A stretch of 63,261 bases of DNA, the filler included, from Candidatus Desantisbacteria bacterium CG1_02_49_89 (GTDB lineage Bacteria > Desantisbacteria > UBA1551), in the NCBI GenBank assembly GCA_001871075.1. It is 3 parts of 3 records of this genome, joined end to end, with 100 filler letters (N's around TTAATTAATTAA, not from the genome) between each part and the next. Parts side by side here need not be neighbours in the genome. Positions count along the whole stretch, not along the records: positions 1 to 20,865 come from MNUP01000066.1; 2 more parts are not named here. The stretch is one strand, 5' to 3'. A model generated the notes under the pieces. The model ran no database searches. It was not told where the DNA came from and worked only from the letters and a program-made list of their open reading frames with translations. The position numbers and the translations under genes were made by a program. Below, in pieces: positions 10,051 through 18,997 of the stretch (positions within the stretch are counted from its first letter, which is position 1; the number at the start of each line of letters is the position of its first letter).

Positions 10051-10139
10051 ATTATATTCATTTTTTAAAAAAAGTCAAATATGCCATAATAGGAAAAAAG
10101 TCCTTATAAACTTGAAAAATTTCAAAATTATGTTATTAT
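10051..10139. promoter_or_regulatory. Divergent sigma70-type promoters (OMP on minus, sulfatase operon on plus)
   Basis: Minus: TTGACT (10078-10073)-16-TATAAT (10056-10051). Plus: TTGAAA (10112-10117)-16-TGnTATTAT (10134-10139). Confidence 0.55.
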
Positions 10140-10173
10140 ATTGATGTTATTACATTAGATATAACATCAATAT
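10138..10173. promoter_or_regulatory. Perfect 13-bp inverted repeat, candidate operator
   Basis: ATATTGATGTTAT-N10-ATAACATCAATAT overlapping the -10/+1 region of the sulfatase operon. Confidence 0.6.
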
Positions 10174-10199
10174 TGAATATATAGGATGGAGTCTCATAT

Positions 10200-11579
10200 A
10201 TGAAACCGAACATAGTGCTTATCCTCGCGGACGATATGGGGTACGGCGATTTCGGGGTTTTCAACAAGGGGCTGTCCCGCACCCCGATCCTTGACTGGCT
10301 GGTAAAGGAAGGGGTGTGCCTGACACAGCATTATTCCGGGTCCCCTGTATGCGCTCCCGCGAGGGCATCCCTTATGACCGGCAGGTACCCGCACAGGACA
10401 GGCGCCATAGATACACTTGAAGGCAGGGGCCTTGACAGGCTTTCGCTCAAAGAAAGAACTATTGCCGATGCCTTAAAGTCCGAGGGATACGCCACAGGCC
10501 TTGTCGGCAAGTGGCACCTGGGCGCGCTTGACCCAAGGTATCACCCCAACTCCCGCGGATTTGACGAGTTTGCGGGATTCAGGGGCGGGTGGCAGGATTA
10601 TTACCAGTGGCGGCTTGACCGGAACGGGTCTTTTCAGAAGGCTGACGGAAGGTATCTTACGGATGTTTTCACCGAGGAAGCGGTTTCGTTCATAAGGCGG
10701 CACAGCAAAGAGCCGTTTTTCCTGCACGTTACCTACAACGCCCCGCATTTTCCCTTCCAGGTCCCGGAAGAGGAACATGAATATTTCGTTAATAAGGGCA
10801 AATTTACAAAAGGCGTCAGCCTGATCTACGCGATGATAGCCAGGATGGACAGGGGGATAGCGCAAATAATCGAAGAACTCAGCAAACAGGGCATTGAGGA
10901 AAATACCATTGTTGTTTTCACCAGCGACAACGGGCCCCAGTTCGGCGGCGAAGGCGATATGTGCACGACCCGTTTCAACTGCGGTTTCAACGGGTCAAAA
11001 GGCATTGTGTATGAAGGCGGGATACGGGTGCCGGCGATCGCGCGCTGGCCCGCGGGCCTGGAAAAAGGAATGCAGGTCAACGAAATGGTGCATTTTACAG
11101 ACTGGTTCCCCACGCTTCTTGCCGCGGCAGGGGCGAAGGTTCCCCCGGACCTTAAGATCGACGGCTGGAATGTCCTGCCGGTGTTAAAAGGCAAAAAAGG
11201 CAGGGTGAACACTAAGCGGTTCTGGCAGTGGAACAGGTACACGCCTGTAATAACTTCAAACGCCGCGATGAGGGACGGGCCCTGGAAACTCATGCGCCCT
11301 GTGCTGCATGAGTCCTTTTTTGTCACCCGTGAAGACGGGCAGATGGACATGGCGCTGAAATACGAACCCGAAAAATTTATTGACATATGCCGTGACCCAG
11401 AGCCTATGCGCAGGATACCGCCGGCTTTACCGGCCCAGCTCTATAACATAGACATAGACCCCCTTGAAAGGAATGACAGGGCTCCATCAGAACCTGAAAG
11501 GGTTGAAAGGATGCTCAATCAACTGGAAGACTGGTTCTACGAAGTTGAGCAGGACAGGAAAAGCATAAAAGACAGTTAA
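10200..11579 (+). CDS. Arylsulfatase (Cys-type, S1 family)
   Basis: PNIVLILADDMG, CAPARASLMTG, GKWHLG, SDNG and YEGG.RVP. Confidence 0.95.
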   Translation: MKPNIVLILADDMGYGDFGVFNKGLSRTPILDWLVKEGVCLTQHYSGSPVCAPARASLMTGRYPHRTGAIDTLEGRGLDRLSLKERTIADALKSEGYATGLVGKWHLGALDPRYHPNSRGFDEFAGFRGGWQDYYQWRLDRNGSFQKADGRYLTDVFTEEAVSFIRRHSKEPFFLHVTYNAPHFPFQVPEEEHEYFVNKGKFTKGVSLIYAMIARMDRGIAQIIEELSKQGIEENTIVVFTSDNGPQFGGEGDMCTTRFNCGFNGSKGIVYEGGIRVPAIARWPAGLEKGMQVNEMVHFTDWFPTLLAAAGAKVPPDLKIDGWNVLPVLKGKKGRVNTKRFWQWNRYTPVITSNAAMRDGPWKLMRPVLHESFFVTREDGQMDMALKYEPEKFIDICRDPEPMRRIPPALPAQLYNIDIDPLERNDRAPSEPERVERMLNQLEDWFYEVEQDRKSIKDS

Positions 11580-11589
11580 GAAGTTTAGA

Positions 11590-11716
11590 AGTCTTGGGGT
11601 CGAGGAGTCTGGGGGTCTAGGGGTCAAGGCTTTGACTCCAAGACTCCAGGTTCCGACGCAAAGTCGGGACGACTCTTAGACTCTAAGGCTCGCTATTTTT
11701 CAACGCGAGCCGACTC
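11590..11716. repeat. Gene-less copy of the four-helix-bundle-associated composite repeat
   Basis: GGGGTCT/GGAGTCT octamer run, then CAAGGCTTT-ACTCCAAGACTCCAG-hairpin-GACTC..TATTTTTCAACGCGAGCCGACTC. Matches 17232-17423 and 20543-20865. Confidence 0.9.
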
Positions 11717-11739
11717 ATTAATTCATAAAGGAGAAAGAC

Positions 11740-13350
11740 ATGCGCGGACAAAAGAACGTTCCGGTGGAGTTTTACCTGAAATCCGAGAAAAGCCACCCGG
11801 ATATTTTCAATAACATAGAGGTGGACGTTATTTTCACAGGCCCTGAAAGGGACGAGTGGAAGGTGCCTGCGTTCTGGGCAGGGGGAGACTTGTTCGGGGT
11901 AAGGTTTTCAGCGCCTGAGCCGGGCAGATACACATGGGTCAGTCTGTGCTCGGACACGAAAGAAACAGGGCTTCACAGCAGGACAGGGGAGGCTGAGGTT
12001 GTTCCTTACGAGGGCGCCAACCCGCTTTTTAAGCACGGCCGCGTGCGCTGCGCGCGCACGAAGCGCACGTTTGAGCATTCGGATGGGACCCCGTTCTTCT
12101 GGCTGGCGGACACCTGGTGGATGGGCCTGTGCAAAAGGCTGGGGTGGCCGGAGGATATCAGGATGCTTGCCGCTGACAGGATTTCAAAGAACTTTTCCGT
12201 CATTCAGGTCGTGGCAGGCCTTTACCCGGACATGCCCGCGTTTGACCAGCGCGGCGCCAACGAAGCGGGTTTCCCCTGGGAGAAAGATTACGCGCGCATT
12301 AACCCGGCGTATTTTGACATGGCTGACCTGCGCCTTGAATGGCTTGTGCGGGCAGGGCTTGTACCCTGTATCGTGGGGTGCTGGGCGTATTTCCTTCCCT
12401 GGATGGGCATTGAAAAAATGAAGAAACACTGGCGCAACATCGTTGCCAGGTATGGAGCGTATCCGGTCGTGTGGTGCCTTGCCGGTGAAGGCGCGATGCC
12501 GTATTATTTGTCCAAGGACAAGGAAAAGGATATCGAGGTCCAGAAAAAAGGATGGACAGAGCTCGCGAGATACGTTCGTTCAATTGACCCGTTCCATAAC
12601 CTTATAACAATACATCCCACGAATAACGCGAGGGACCAGGTTGAAGACCCGTCTGTGCTGGATTTTGAAATGATGCAGACAGGGCATTCTGACAGGCAGA
12701 GTCTGGGCAACACGGTTACAAGCGTGACTGACGCTTACAAGCGGGAACCGGTGATGCCGGTGCTTGTCGGTGAGGTTTGCTATGAAGGCATAGGCGAGGC
12801 ATGCAGGCAGGAAGTGCAGAGGCTTATGTTCTGGGCGAGCGTGCTGAACGGTTCATGCGGGCACACGTACGGGGCGAACGGGGTCTGGCAGGTTAACACG
12901 AAAGGAAAACCGTACGGCCCTTCGCCGCACGGGATGTCCTATGGAAATGTCGCCTGGGAGGACGCATATCAGCTGCCGGGATCAGGCCAACTCGGGCTGG
13001 CGAAAAAATTCCTTGAGCGTTTCGAGTGGTGGAGGTTTGAGCCCCACCCGGAATGGGTAAAACCGGCCTGGACGAAGGAAAACCCGTGCGCGCCGTACGC
13101 TGCCGGAATACCCGGAGAGGCGCGGGTCGTTTATTCCCCGCTGCCGTGGGGAGTTCCGGAGGTCAGGGGCTTAGAGATCGGGGTGAGGTACAAGTCCGCT
13201 CTTTTCAATCCTGTAAACGGAGAGATCACCGACATCGGCCCAGTGAACGCGGATGAGAACGGCGACTGGGTCCCGCCCCTGGGCAACGATCCCTGGCGCG
13301 TTATGCCGGTTTTCCAGGACTGGGTCATTTTCCTTGAAAGAATAAGATAG
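11740..13350 (+). CDS. DUF5060/DUF4038 (apiosidase-like, GH140-related) glycoside hydrolase
   Basis: DGTPFFWLADTWW, ARYGAYPVVWCLAGE, MQTGH, EVCYE and GHTYGANGVWQ motifs. Confidence 0.8.
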   Translation: MRGQKNVPVEFYLKSEKSHPDIFNNIEVDVIFTGPERDEWKVPAFWAGGDLFGVRFSAPEPGRYTWVSLCSDTKETGLHSRTGEAEVVPYEGANPLFKHGRVRCARTKRTFEHSDGTPFFWLADTWWMGLCKRLGWPEDIRMLAADRISKNFSVIQVVAGLYPDMPAFDQRGANEAGFPWEKDYARINPAYFDMADLRLEWLVRAGLVPCIVGCWAYFLPWMGIEKMKKHWRNIVARYGAYPVVWCLAGEGAMPYYLSKDKEKDIEVQKKGWTELARYVRSIDPFHNLITIHPTNNARDQVEDPSVLDFEMMQTGHSDRQSLGNTVTSVTDAYKREPVMPVLVGEVCYEGIGEACRQEVQRLMFWASVLNGSCGHTYGANGVWQVNTKGKPYGPSPHGMSYGNVAWEDAYQLPGSGQLGLAKKFLERFEWWRFEPHPEWVKPAWTKENPCAPYAAGIPGEARVVYSPLPWGVPEVRGLEIGVRYKSALFNPVNGEITDIGPVNADENGDWVPPLGNDPWRVMPVFQDWVIFLERIR

Positions 13351-13361
13351 AAGTCTATCAG

Positions 13362-13801
13362 TGTCATTGCGACCCGCCAATGTTTATGGCGGGGAAGCAA
13401 TCCCAATATGAAAAACCAATATTATATTTATATAATGACCAACAAAGGAAACACCGTTCTTTATACGGGAGTAACCAATGATTTGAAACGGAGAGTTTGT
13501 GAACATAAAGAAAAACTTGCCGAAGGGTTTACAAAGAAATATAATGCCGTAAAACTTGTATACCATGAAGTTTTTAATGATATACGTGATGCAATCACGA
13601 GAGAAAAACAGATAAAAGGTGGTTCGAGAAGAAAGAAAATTGATATGATAAATAGCTTTAACAAAAAATGGAAAGACCTGTACAATGAGATTTGATATGT
13701 GAGCGCGGCAAGATTTTGTTACGGGGTTGCTTCGCCCCGATTTTATATCGGGGCTCGCAATGACAGGGGGGTTGCTTCGTCGCAAGTTCCTCGCAATGAC
13801 A
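13362..13801. mobile_element. GIY-YIG gene bracketed by inward-facing TGTCATTGCGA-family repeats
   Basis: Left arm 13362-13402 (TGTCATTGCGA..GAAGCAATC). Two right arms at 13725-13765 and 13770-13801 (GGTTGCTTCG..CTCGCAATGACA). The gene is AT-richer than its neighbours. Confidence 0.6.
13408..13695 (+). CDS. Small GIY-YIG nuclease (UPF0213/YhbQ-like)
   Basis: YYIYI..LYTGVTNDLKRR..EH..GFTKKY..AITREKQIK..W.DL signature. Confidence 0.92.
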   Translation: MKNQYYIYIMTNKGNTVLYTGVTNDLKRRVCEHKEKLAEGFTKKYNAVKLVYHEVFNDIRDAITREKQIKGGSRRKKIDMINSFNKKWKDLYNEI

Positions 13802-13814
13802 AGGAGAAGAAGTA

Positions 13815-14657
13815 ATGATTTACGGAGTGCAGCTCGGAGCGGTGACGGTCGGAAGGGACCTTCGGCAGGGCATGGCAGACTGTGAATACTGGAGGAAGGA
13901 AGCGGGCCTGGAAGCGGTGGAGATAGATTTTTCCCATCCCGCGCTTTTTTCCGACGGGTTAAAGGCAAGGGTGCTCATATCTGAAGTTGACGGAGCCCTG
14001 GAAAAGGAGATCATCGCATTCGGCAGGAATTACAGGATAAAAGGGGGACACCTGCTGTGGACTTCAATGGGAATAAGGCTTGTTTCCGCGGATGAGCGCG
14101 TGCGCGCGGCTTCTTTTAAGACCATTGAAGACAGCCTTAAGAAAGCATCTGAGCTCAGGCTGGATTACGCGACCCTGCACGCCGAAGGATGCACCGAAGA
14201 TTTTAAGGGCATACTTGCAAGGCTGTCAAAAACAGCAGAAGGATGCAAGGTAGCGCTGGTTGTTGAAAATATGGGCGGGGACGAAGAATGGCTTGCGAAG
14301 ACAGTAAGGGAAATAAACAGCCCGCGTCTGAGTATGACCCTGGACGTCGGCCATTTCTATAATTTCCACATATCCAAAAGTAATAAAACCGCGGGCGAGC
14401 TGACCCCGCTGCTTGCCGGTTTCATAAAGACCTGTAAAGGCGTTCTTGGCAACGTGCACATGCACGATCACTCAGGCCAGACAAAAACCCATCCCGTGGA
14501 CCACCTGCCCATCGGAAAAGGCGTCCTGGATTTCAGGCCGCTGATCAGCGCTCTGGGAGCCATCGGTTATAGCAATTCAGTAAATCTTGAATACGGTTCG
14601 GCGGACAGGCGCGATATCGTCGAGAGCGTGAAGATCCTCCGCTCCGCTGAAAAATAG
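13815..14657 (+). CDS. Sugar phosphate isomerase/epimerase (xylose isomerase-like TIM barrel)
   Basis: VENM, LDVGH, VHMHD, DHLPIGKG.LDF and LE motifs. Confidence 0.85.
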   Translation: MIYGVQLGAVTVGRDLRQGMADCEYWRKEAGLEAVEIDFSHPALFSDGLKARVLISEVDGALEKEIIAFGRNYRIKGGHLLWTSMGIRLVSADERVRAASFKTIEDSLKKASELRLDYATLHAEGCTEDFKGILARLSKTAEGCKVALVVENMGGDEEWLAKTVREINSPRLSMTLDVGHFYNFHISKSNKTAGELTPLLAGFIKTCKGVLGNVHMHDHSGQTKTHPVDHLPIGKGVLDFRPLISALGAIGYSNSVNLEYGSADRRDIVESVKILRSAEK

Positions 14658-14763
14658 CTCAAAGCTCAAAACTAAAATTTCCACGCTTTTGATTCATAAT
14701 TCATAATTCATAACTCATAATTCATAATTGAAGTTAAACCAGATACTTGTTACAGGAGAAAAG

Positions 14764-16227
14764 ATGCGGATCGTTTATTTCGACCTGGACTGCTTAAGGC
14801 CTGACCATTTAAGCCAGTACGGGTACCTCAGGAACACTTCGCCCAGCCTGGACAGGATCACCGGGGACGCGGTTATTTTCAACCGCTGCTATACCAGCAA
14901 TTCTCCCTGCGCCCCGTCCAGGGCGGCTCTTTTTTCCGGAAGGTTCGGAATAAACAACGGGGTTATCGGCCACCACGGCTATGGCGAGAAGTTCAATTAT
15001 CCGGGGGACAGCTTCTGGCACGATCCTTCAAAGCCGATGCTTATGCGCTGGCTGCGCCTGCGCGGCGTTAAGACCGTGAGCTTCTCAAGTTTCGCGGATA
15101 GGCACACTGCCTGGTGGTTCTGTTCCGGGTGGAGCGAGCTGCACACGTTCACGAACAAGCAGGGCCAGGAAACAGCGGACGAGGTGAACAGGGCGGTCCT
15201 TCCATGGTTGAAGGTCCACGCGAAAGACGACAATTACTTCCTGCACGTCCACTACTGGGATATCCACTCGCATTACCGGCTGGATGAGAAGCAGTACCGG
15301 AAATTCGCTGATAAGCCTGCTCCTGACTGGCCTGATGAAAAAGCGATCAAAGATAATACGGGCATTTACGGCCCGCGCACAGCCCTTGACCTGTATACCG
15401 GGTACCCGGACGAAGACAGGGCGCCTGTTAAGGGAATGCCTGATAAAATTACAAACAGGGAAGAATTCAAAATGCTCATAGACGGTTATGACGCGGCGAT
15501 AAATTTTGTTGACAGGCATATCGGCGAACTCCTGGATGTTTTTGAAAGCCAGGGAGTTCTCGAAGACACTGTTTTTATAGTAAGCAGCGACCACGGGGAC
15601 TGCTTCGGGGAGATGGGCCAGTACATGGACCACTGGGTAGGCGCGGAACCGATACACAATATTCCGCTTATGATCCGCATTCCGGGCGTGACGAAGAAAA
15701 GCAAGTGCGCGGAATATGTTTACAACCTTGACCTGGCGCCGACACTGTGCGACCTTTACGATTTTCCGGTCCCCGGGAAATGGGACGGCAGATCCTTTAT
15801 TGACGCCATAAAGGGAAAACCGTTTGCCGGAAGGGAAACGCTTGTGTGGGACCACGGGCACGGAAGCCTTATGCGCTGCGCCCGCACGAAAAAATGGCTT
15901 TTCACGAAAATACTGCACCCGGGTTTCTACCCGTTTGAAGAACCGTATATGCTCCACGATATGGAAAACGACGTTCATCAGACACAGAATGTCGCAGATA
16001 AAAATCCACAGATCGTAAAAGAAATGCAGGAAATAATTGCGGACTGGCATGAAGAGCAGATGAATAAACACGGACCGCACGATGACAACCTGCAGCAGAT
16101 GGTCCCTGTCGGGTTTTTAAAATGGTATTCGCTGCGCAGGATGATTGACAGGCTGAAAAAGACCGGCAGGGCTGACCAGGTTGAAGGGCTTGTCAAAAGG
16201 CTTCAGAAATATCATAAGGACCTGTAA
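14764..16227 (+). CDS. Sulfatase (Cys-type)
   Basis: DLDCLRPDH, CAPSRAALFSG, WDIH and SDHG. Start moved to MRIVYF after the AGGAG SD. Confidence 0.9.
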   Translation: MRIVYFDLDCLRPDHLSQYGYLRNTSPSLDRITGDAVIFNRCYTSNSPCAPSRAALFSGRFGINNGVIGHHGYGEKFNYPGDSFWHDPSKPMLMRWLRLRGVKTVSFSSFADRHTAWWFCSGWSELHTFTNKQGQETADEVNRAVLPWLKVHAKDDNYFLHVHYWDIHSHYRLDEKQYRKFADKPAPDWPDEKAIKDNTGIYGPRTALDLYTGYPDEDRAPVKGMPDKITNREEFKMLIDGYDAAINFVDRHIGELLDVFESQGVLEDTVFIVSSDHGDCFGEMGQYMDHWVGAEPIHNIPLMIRIPGVTKKSKCAEYVYNLDLAPTLCDLYDFPVPGKWDGRSFIDAIKGKPFAGRETLVWDHGHGSLMRCARTKKWLFTKILHPGFYPFEEPYMLHDMENDVHQTQNVADKNPQIVKEMQEIIADWHEEQMNKHGPHDDNLQQMVPVGFLKWYSLRRMIDRLKKTGRADQVEGLVKRLQKYHKDL

Positions 16228-16415
16228 ATTGTAATTGCGAGCGTGGTGTGTCATTGCGAGAAGTGAAACGACGAAGCAATCTCGTTTTTGTAGCGGGGTT
16301 GCTTCGCCGTTACGCTCTCCCCTGTAATTCCGATTAAACCGGAATTTAATACAGGGGCCTTCGAGTCAGAGCTGGGTTGATGACTCTACGGTCGCAATGA
16401 CAAGGAGATGATGAA

Positions 16416-17231
16416 ATGGCTGAAATAGGCGCAGGAATAACCTGGATGAGAGATGTTGTTTACGGCACGGGCAGTAACCGGGAGCTCAGGATGCACGTGT
16501 TGATGCCGAAAAATCTCACTGGCAAGCCGCTGCCGGCGGTTATCTGGATCCACGGAGGCGGGTGGGAGGCAGGGAATAAGGAAGACGGGTTATACAGGAG
16601 CGCGCTTCTTTGCGATAAGGGCTATATCTGTGCGAGCATTGAGTACAGGTTCAGCCAGGAAGCGATTTTCCCCGCGCAGATAGAAGACTGCAAATGCGCC
16701 GTAAGGTTTCTACGCGCAAAAGCAAAGGAATACGGTATCAATCCTGACCGCATTGGGGTCTGGGGCGCTTCCGCGGGCGGTCATCTTGTTGCGCTTTTAG
16801 GAACGTCAGGCGGGATTAAGGAATTAGAGGGAAACGGCGGCAGTCAGCAGGCATCAAGCAGTGTGCAGGCGGTATGCGACTGGTGCGGGCCGACTGATTT
16901 TTTAAACTGGAAGGAGATACCCGAAGCGAACAAACCGGCCATCGAAGCGGTTATCACTAAGCTTTTCGGCGCAGCTGCAGAGCAGAAGAGGGAGCTTGCG
17001 GTTTTGGCCAATCCCATAACCCATATAAAGAAAAATGCGCCGCCGTTCCTGATAATACACGGGGACTTAGACGATCTGGTTCCCCTGAACCACAGCATAA
17101 TGCTTGACGAAGCGCTGAAAAAAGCGGGCGGCAGGTCTGAGCTGATGGTAATGAAGGGATGCGGACACGGGTTTAACGAGGCTGAGATATTTCCGAAAAT
17201 ATTCGGCTTCTTTGACAGAAACCTGAAATAA
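16416..17231 (+). CDS. Alpha/beta-hydrolase (BD-FAE/acetyl esterase-like)
   Basis: IHGGGW, GASAGG, HGDLDDLVP and GHG catalytic motifs. Confidence 0.88.
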   Translation: MAEIGAGITWMRDVVYGTGSNRELRMHVLMPKNLTGKPLPAVIWIHGGGWEAGNKEDGLYRSALLCDKGYICASIEYRFSQEAIFPAQIEDCKCAVRFLRAKAKEYGINPDRIGVWGASAGGHLVALLGTSGGIKELEGNGGSQQASSSVQAVCDWCGPTDFLNWKEIPEANKPAIEAVITKLFGAAAEQKRELAVLANPITHIKKNAPPFLIIHGDLDDLVPLNHSIMLDEALKKAGGRSELMVMKGCGHGFNEAEIFPKIFGFFDRNLK

Positions 17232-17423
17232 AGTCTGGGAGTCGAGGGGTCTGGGGGTCTGGGAGTCTGGGAGTCGAGGAGTCTTGGGGTCTGGGAGTCG
17301 AGGAGTCTTGGGGTCTAGGAGTCTAGGGGTCAAGGCTTTTAACTCCAAGACTCCAGATCCCGACATAAAGTCGGGATGACTCCCAGACTCTAAGACTCAA
17401 TATTTTTCAACGCGAGCCGACTC
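17232..17423. repeat. Gene-less copy of the four-helix-bundle-associated composite repeat (long octamer array)
   Basis: About 12 degenerate G(G/A)GTC(T/G)(G/A/T)G units, then the same right-hand module as 11590-11716 and 20808-20865. Confidence 0.9.
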
Positions 17424-17440
17424 CTAAACAGGAGGTTGCA

Positions 17441-18814
17441 GTGAATATTATTGTGATCGTAACCGATAGCATGAGGGCGGATTATGTTGGTTACCTGGGC
17501 GGAAAGACGAAAACGCCGAACATAGACAAATTCGCGAAGGAAGGGACGGCTTTTGAAAAGGCGTTCTCCGAAAGCCTTCCGACCATGCCCACGCGCACAA
17601 CCTGGTGGACAGGCAAGACCAATTTCCCGTTCAGGGGATGGCAGCAGTTCGACCACTGGGATTACCTGCTCGCGGAGGTTTTATACAGCCGCGGGTATAC
17701 TTCCGCGCTGATCAGCGATACTTACCACATGCACAAGCCGGTTTATAACTGCGGCAGGGGATTCGACACGGTTGTGTGGGTGCGGGGCCAGGAATATGAT
17801 CCCTGGATAGTTGACCCCAAATTAAAGGTGGATATAAGAAAATTATACCGTTTGCGAGGCGATGCGTCAGACGCGACGTGGAGGTCTCACGCCGAGCAGT
17901 ACATACGCAACATTTCGGTCAGGAAAAAGGAAGAGGACTATCAGATACCAAAGGTAATGAAAGAAGCGATGCTTTGGCTTGATCGTATAACTCAAAAGCA
18001 GAAGGATAACCTGTTTTTATGGGTGGACTGCTTTGACCCGCACGAGCCCTGGGACCCGCCTGAGCCGTTCTGGAGCATGTATGACCCGGGTTATAAAGGT
18101 CTGAACATCATTGACCCGGTGCCCGGACCTGTGAAAGGATATATGACCGAAGAAGAAGTGAATCATACCAAAGCTTTATATGCGGGGGAAGTGAGCTTCG
18201 TGGACAAGTGGGTCGGGATCTTCCTGGACCACGCGCGCAAACTCGGTCTTTTTGAGAACAGCGTTATAATGCACACCACTGACCACGGTGAGCCATTCGG
18301 CGAGCACGGGATAATACGAAAGGCAGCTCCGTGGAATTATACCGAGTTGGTGCATATCCCCTGGGTTATATATCATCCGGAAATCGGGAAAGGTAAGAGG
18401 ATAGGATCAATAGTCCAGACAACAGATCTGATGCCTACGGTCCTGGACGCGCTCAAGATCCCGGCAACGCTTGAACTTCCTTTCCTCGCTCCGGCAAAAA
18501 CAGGCACGTTCCCGCAGGATGAGGTAATGGGGAAGAAAATAATCTCGATGGACGGAAAAAGCCTGCTTCCCCTTTTGAAAGGCGAAGTGCCTAAGATCAG
18601 GGATTTCGCGCTGATAGGTCACGCTTTCCAGTCCCACACAATAAGGGGAGATGATTGGAGCTATCACCTTTACATTGACAAAAGCAAGCCTTCTGAACTG
18701 TTTGACCTGAAACAGGACTGGTGGGAGCAGAAGAACGTGATTGATAACAACAAGGCGCTTGCGAATGACCTTGAAAAGACGATGGAGAACGCGATCGCCT
18801 CGCTTAGTAAATAA
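17441..18814 (+). CDS. Sulfatase-like alkaline-phosphatase-superfamily hydrolase with Thr at the nucleophile position
   Basis: DSMRAD, LPTMPTR (TxPxR instead of CxPxR), FDPHEPWDPP and TDHG. GTG start after AGGAGG. Confidence 0.8.
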   Translation: MNIIVIVTDSMRADYVGYLGGKTKTPNIDKFAKEGTAFEKAFSESLPTMPTRTTWWTGKTNFPFRGWQQFDHWDYLLAEVLYSRGYTSALISDTYHMHKPVYNCGRGFDTVVWVRGQEYDPWIVDPKLKVDIRKLYRLRGDASDATWRSHAEQYIRNISVRKKEEDYQIPKVMKEAMLWLDRITQKQKDNLFLWVDCFDPHEPWDPPEPFWSMYDPGYKGLNIIDPVPGPVKGYMTEEEVNHTKALYAGEVSFVDKWVGIFLDHARKLGLFENSVIMHTTDHGEPFGEHGIIRKAAPWNYTELVHIPWVIYHPEIGKGKRIGSIVQTTDLMPTVLDALKIPATLELPFLAPAKTGTFPQDEVMGKKIISMDGKSLLPLLKGEVPKIRDFALIGHAFQSHTIRGDDWSYHLYIDKSKPSELFDLKQDWWEQKNVIDNNKALANDLEKTMENAIASLSK

Positions 18815-18997
18815 AGTATCAGAGTATCAAAGTATCAGAGTGTCAGAGCAATAACAAGGAATATTATTGTCCCGAAGGTCCCAAGGGGATCCCTTTGGGA
18901 GATCCCTTCGGGGTAACTCAGGGCTTCAGCCCTGATAGGATAAGCAAGGCTGAAGCCTTGCGTTACTCATGACTAATAAAGTCAGGGAAGAAGTCTA

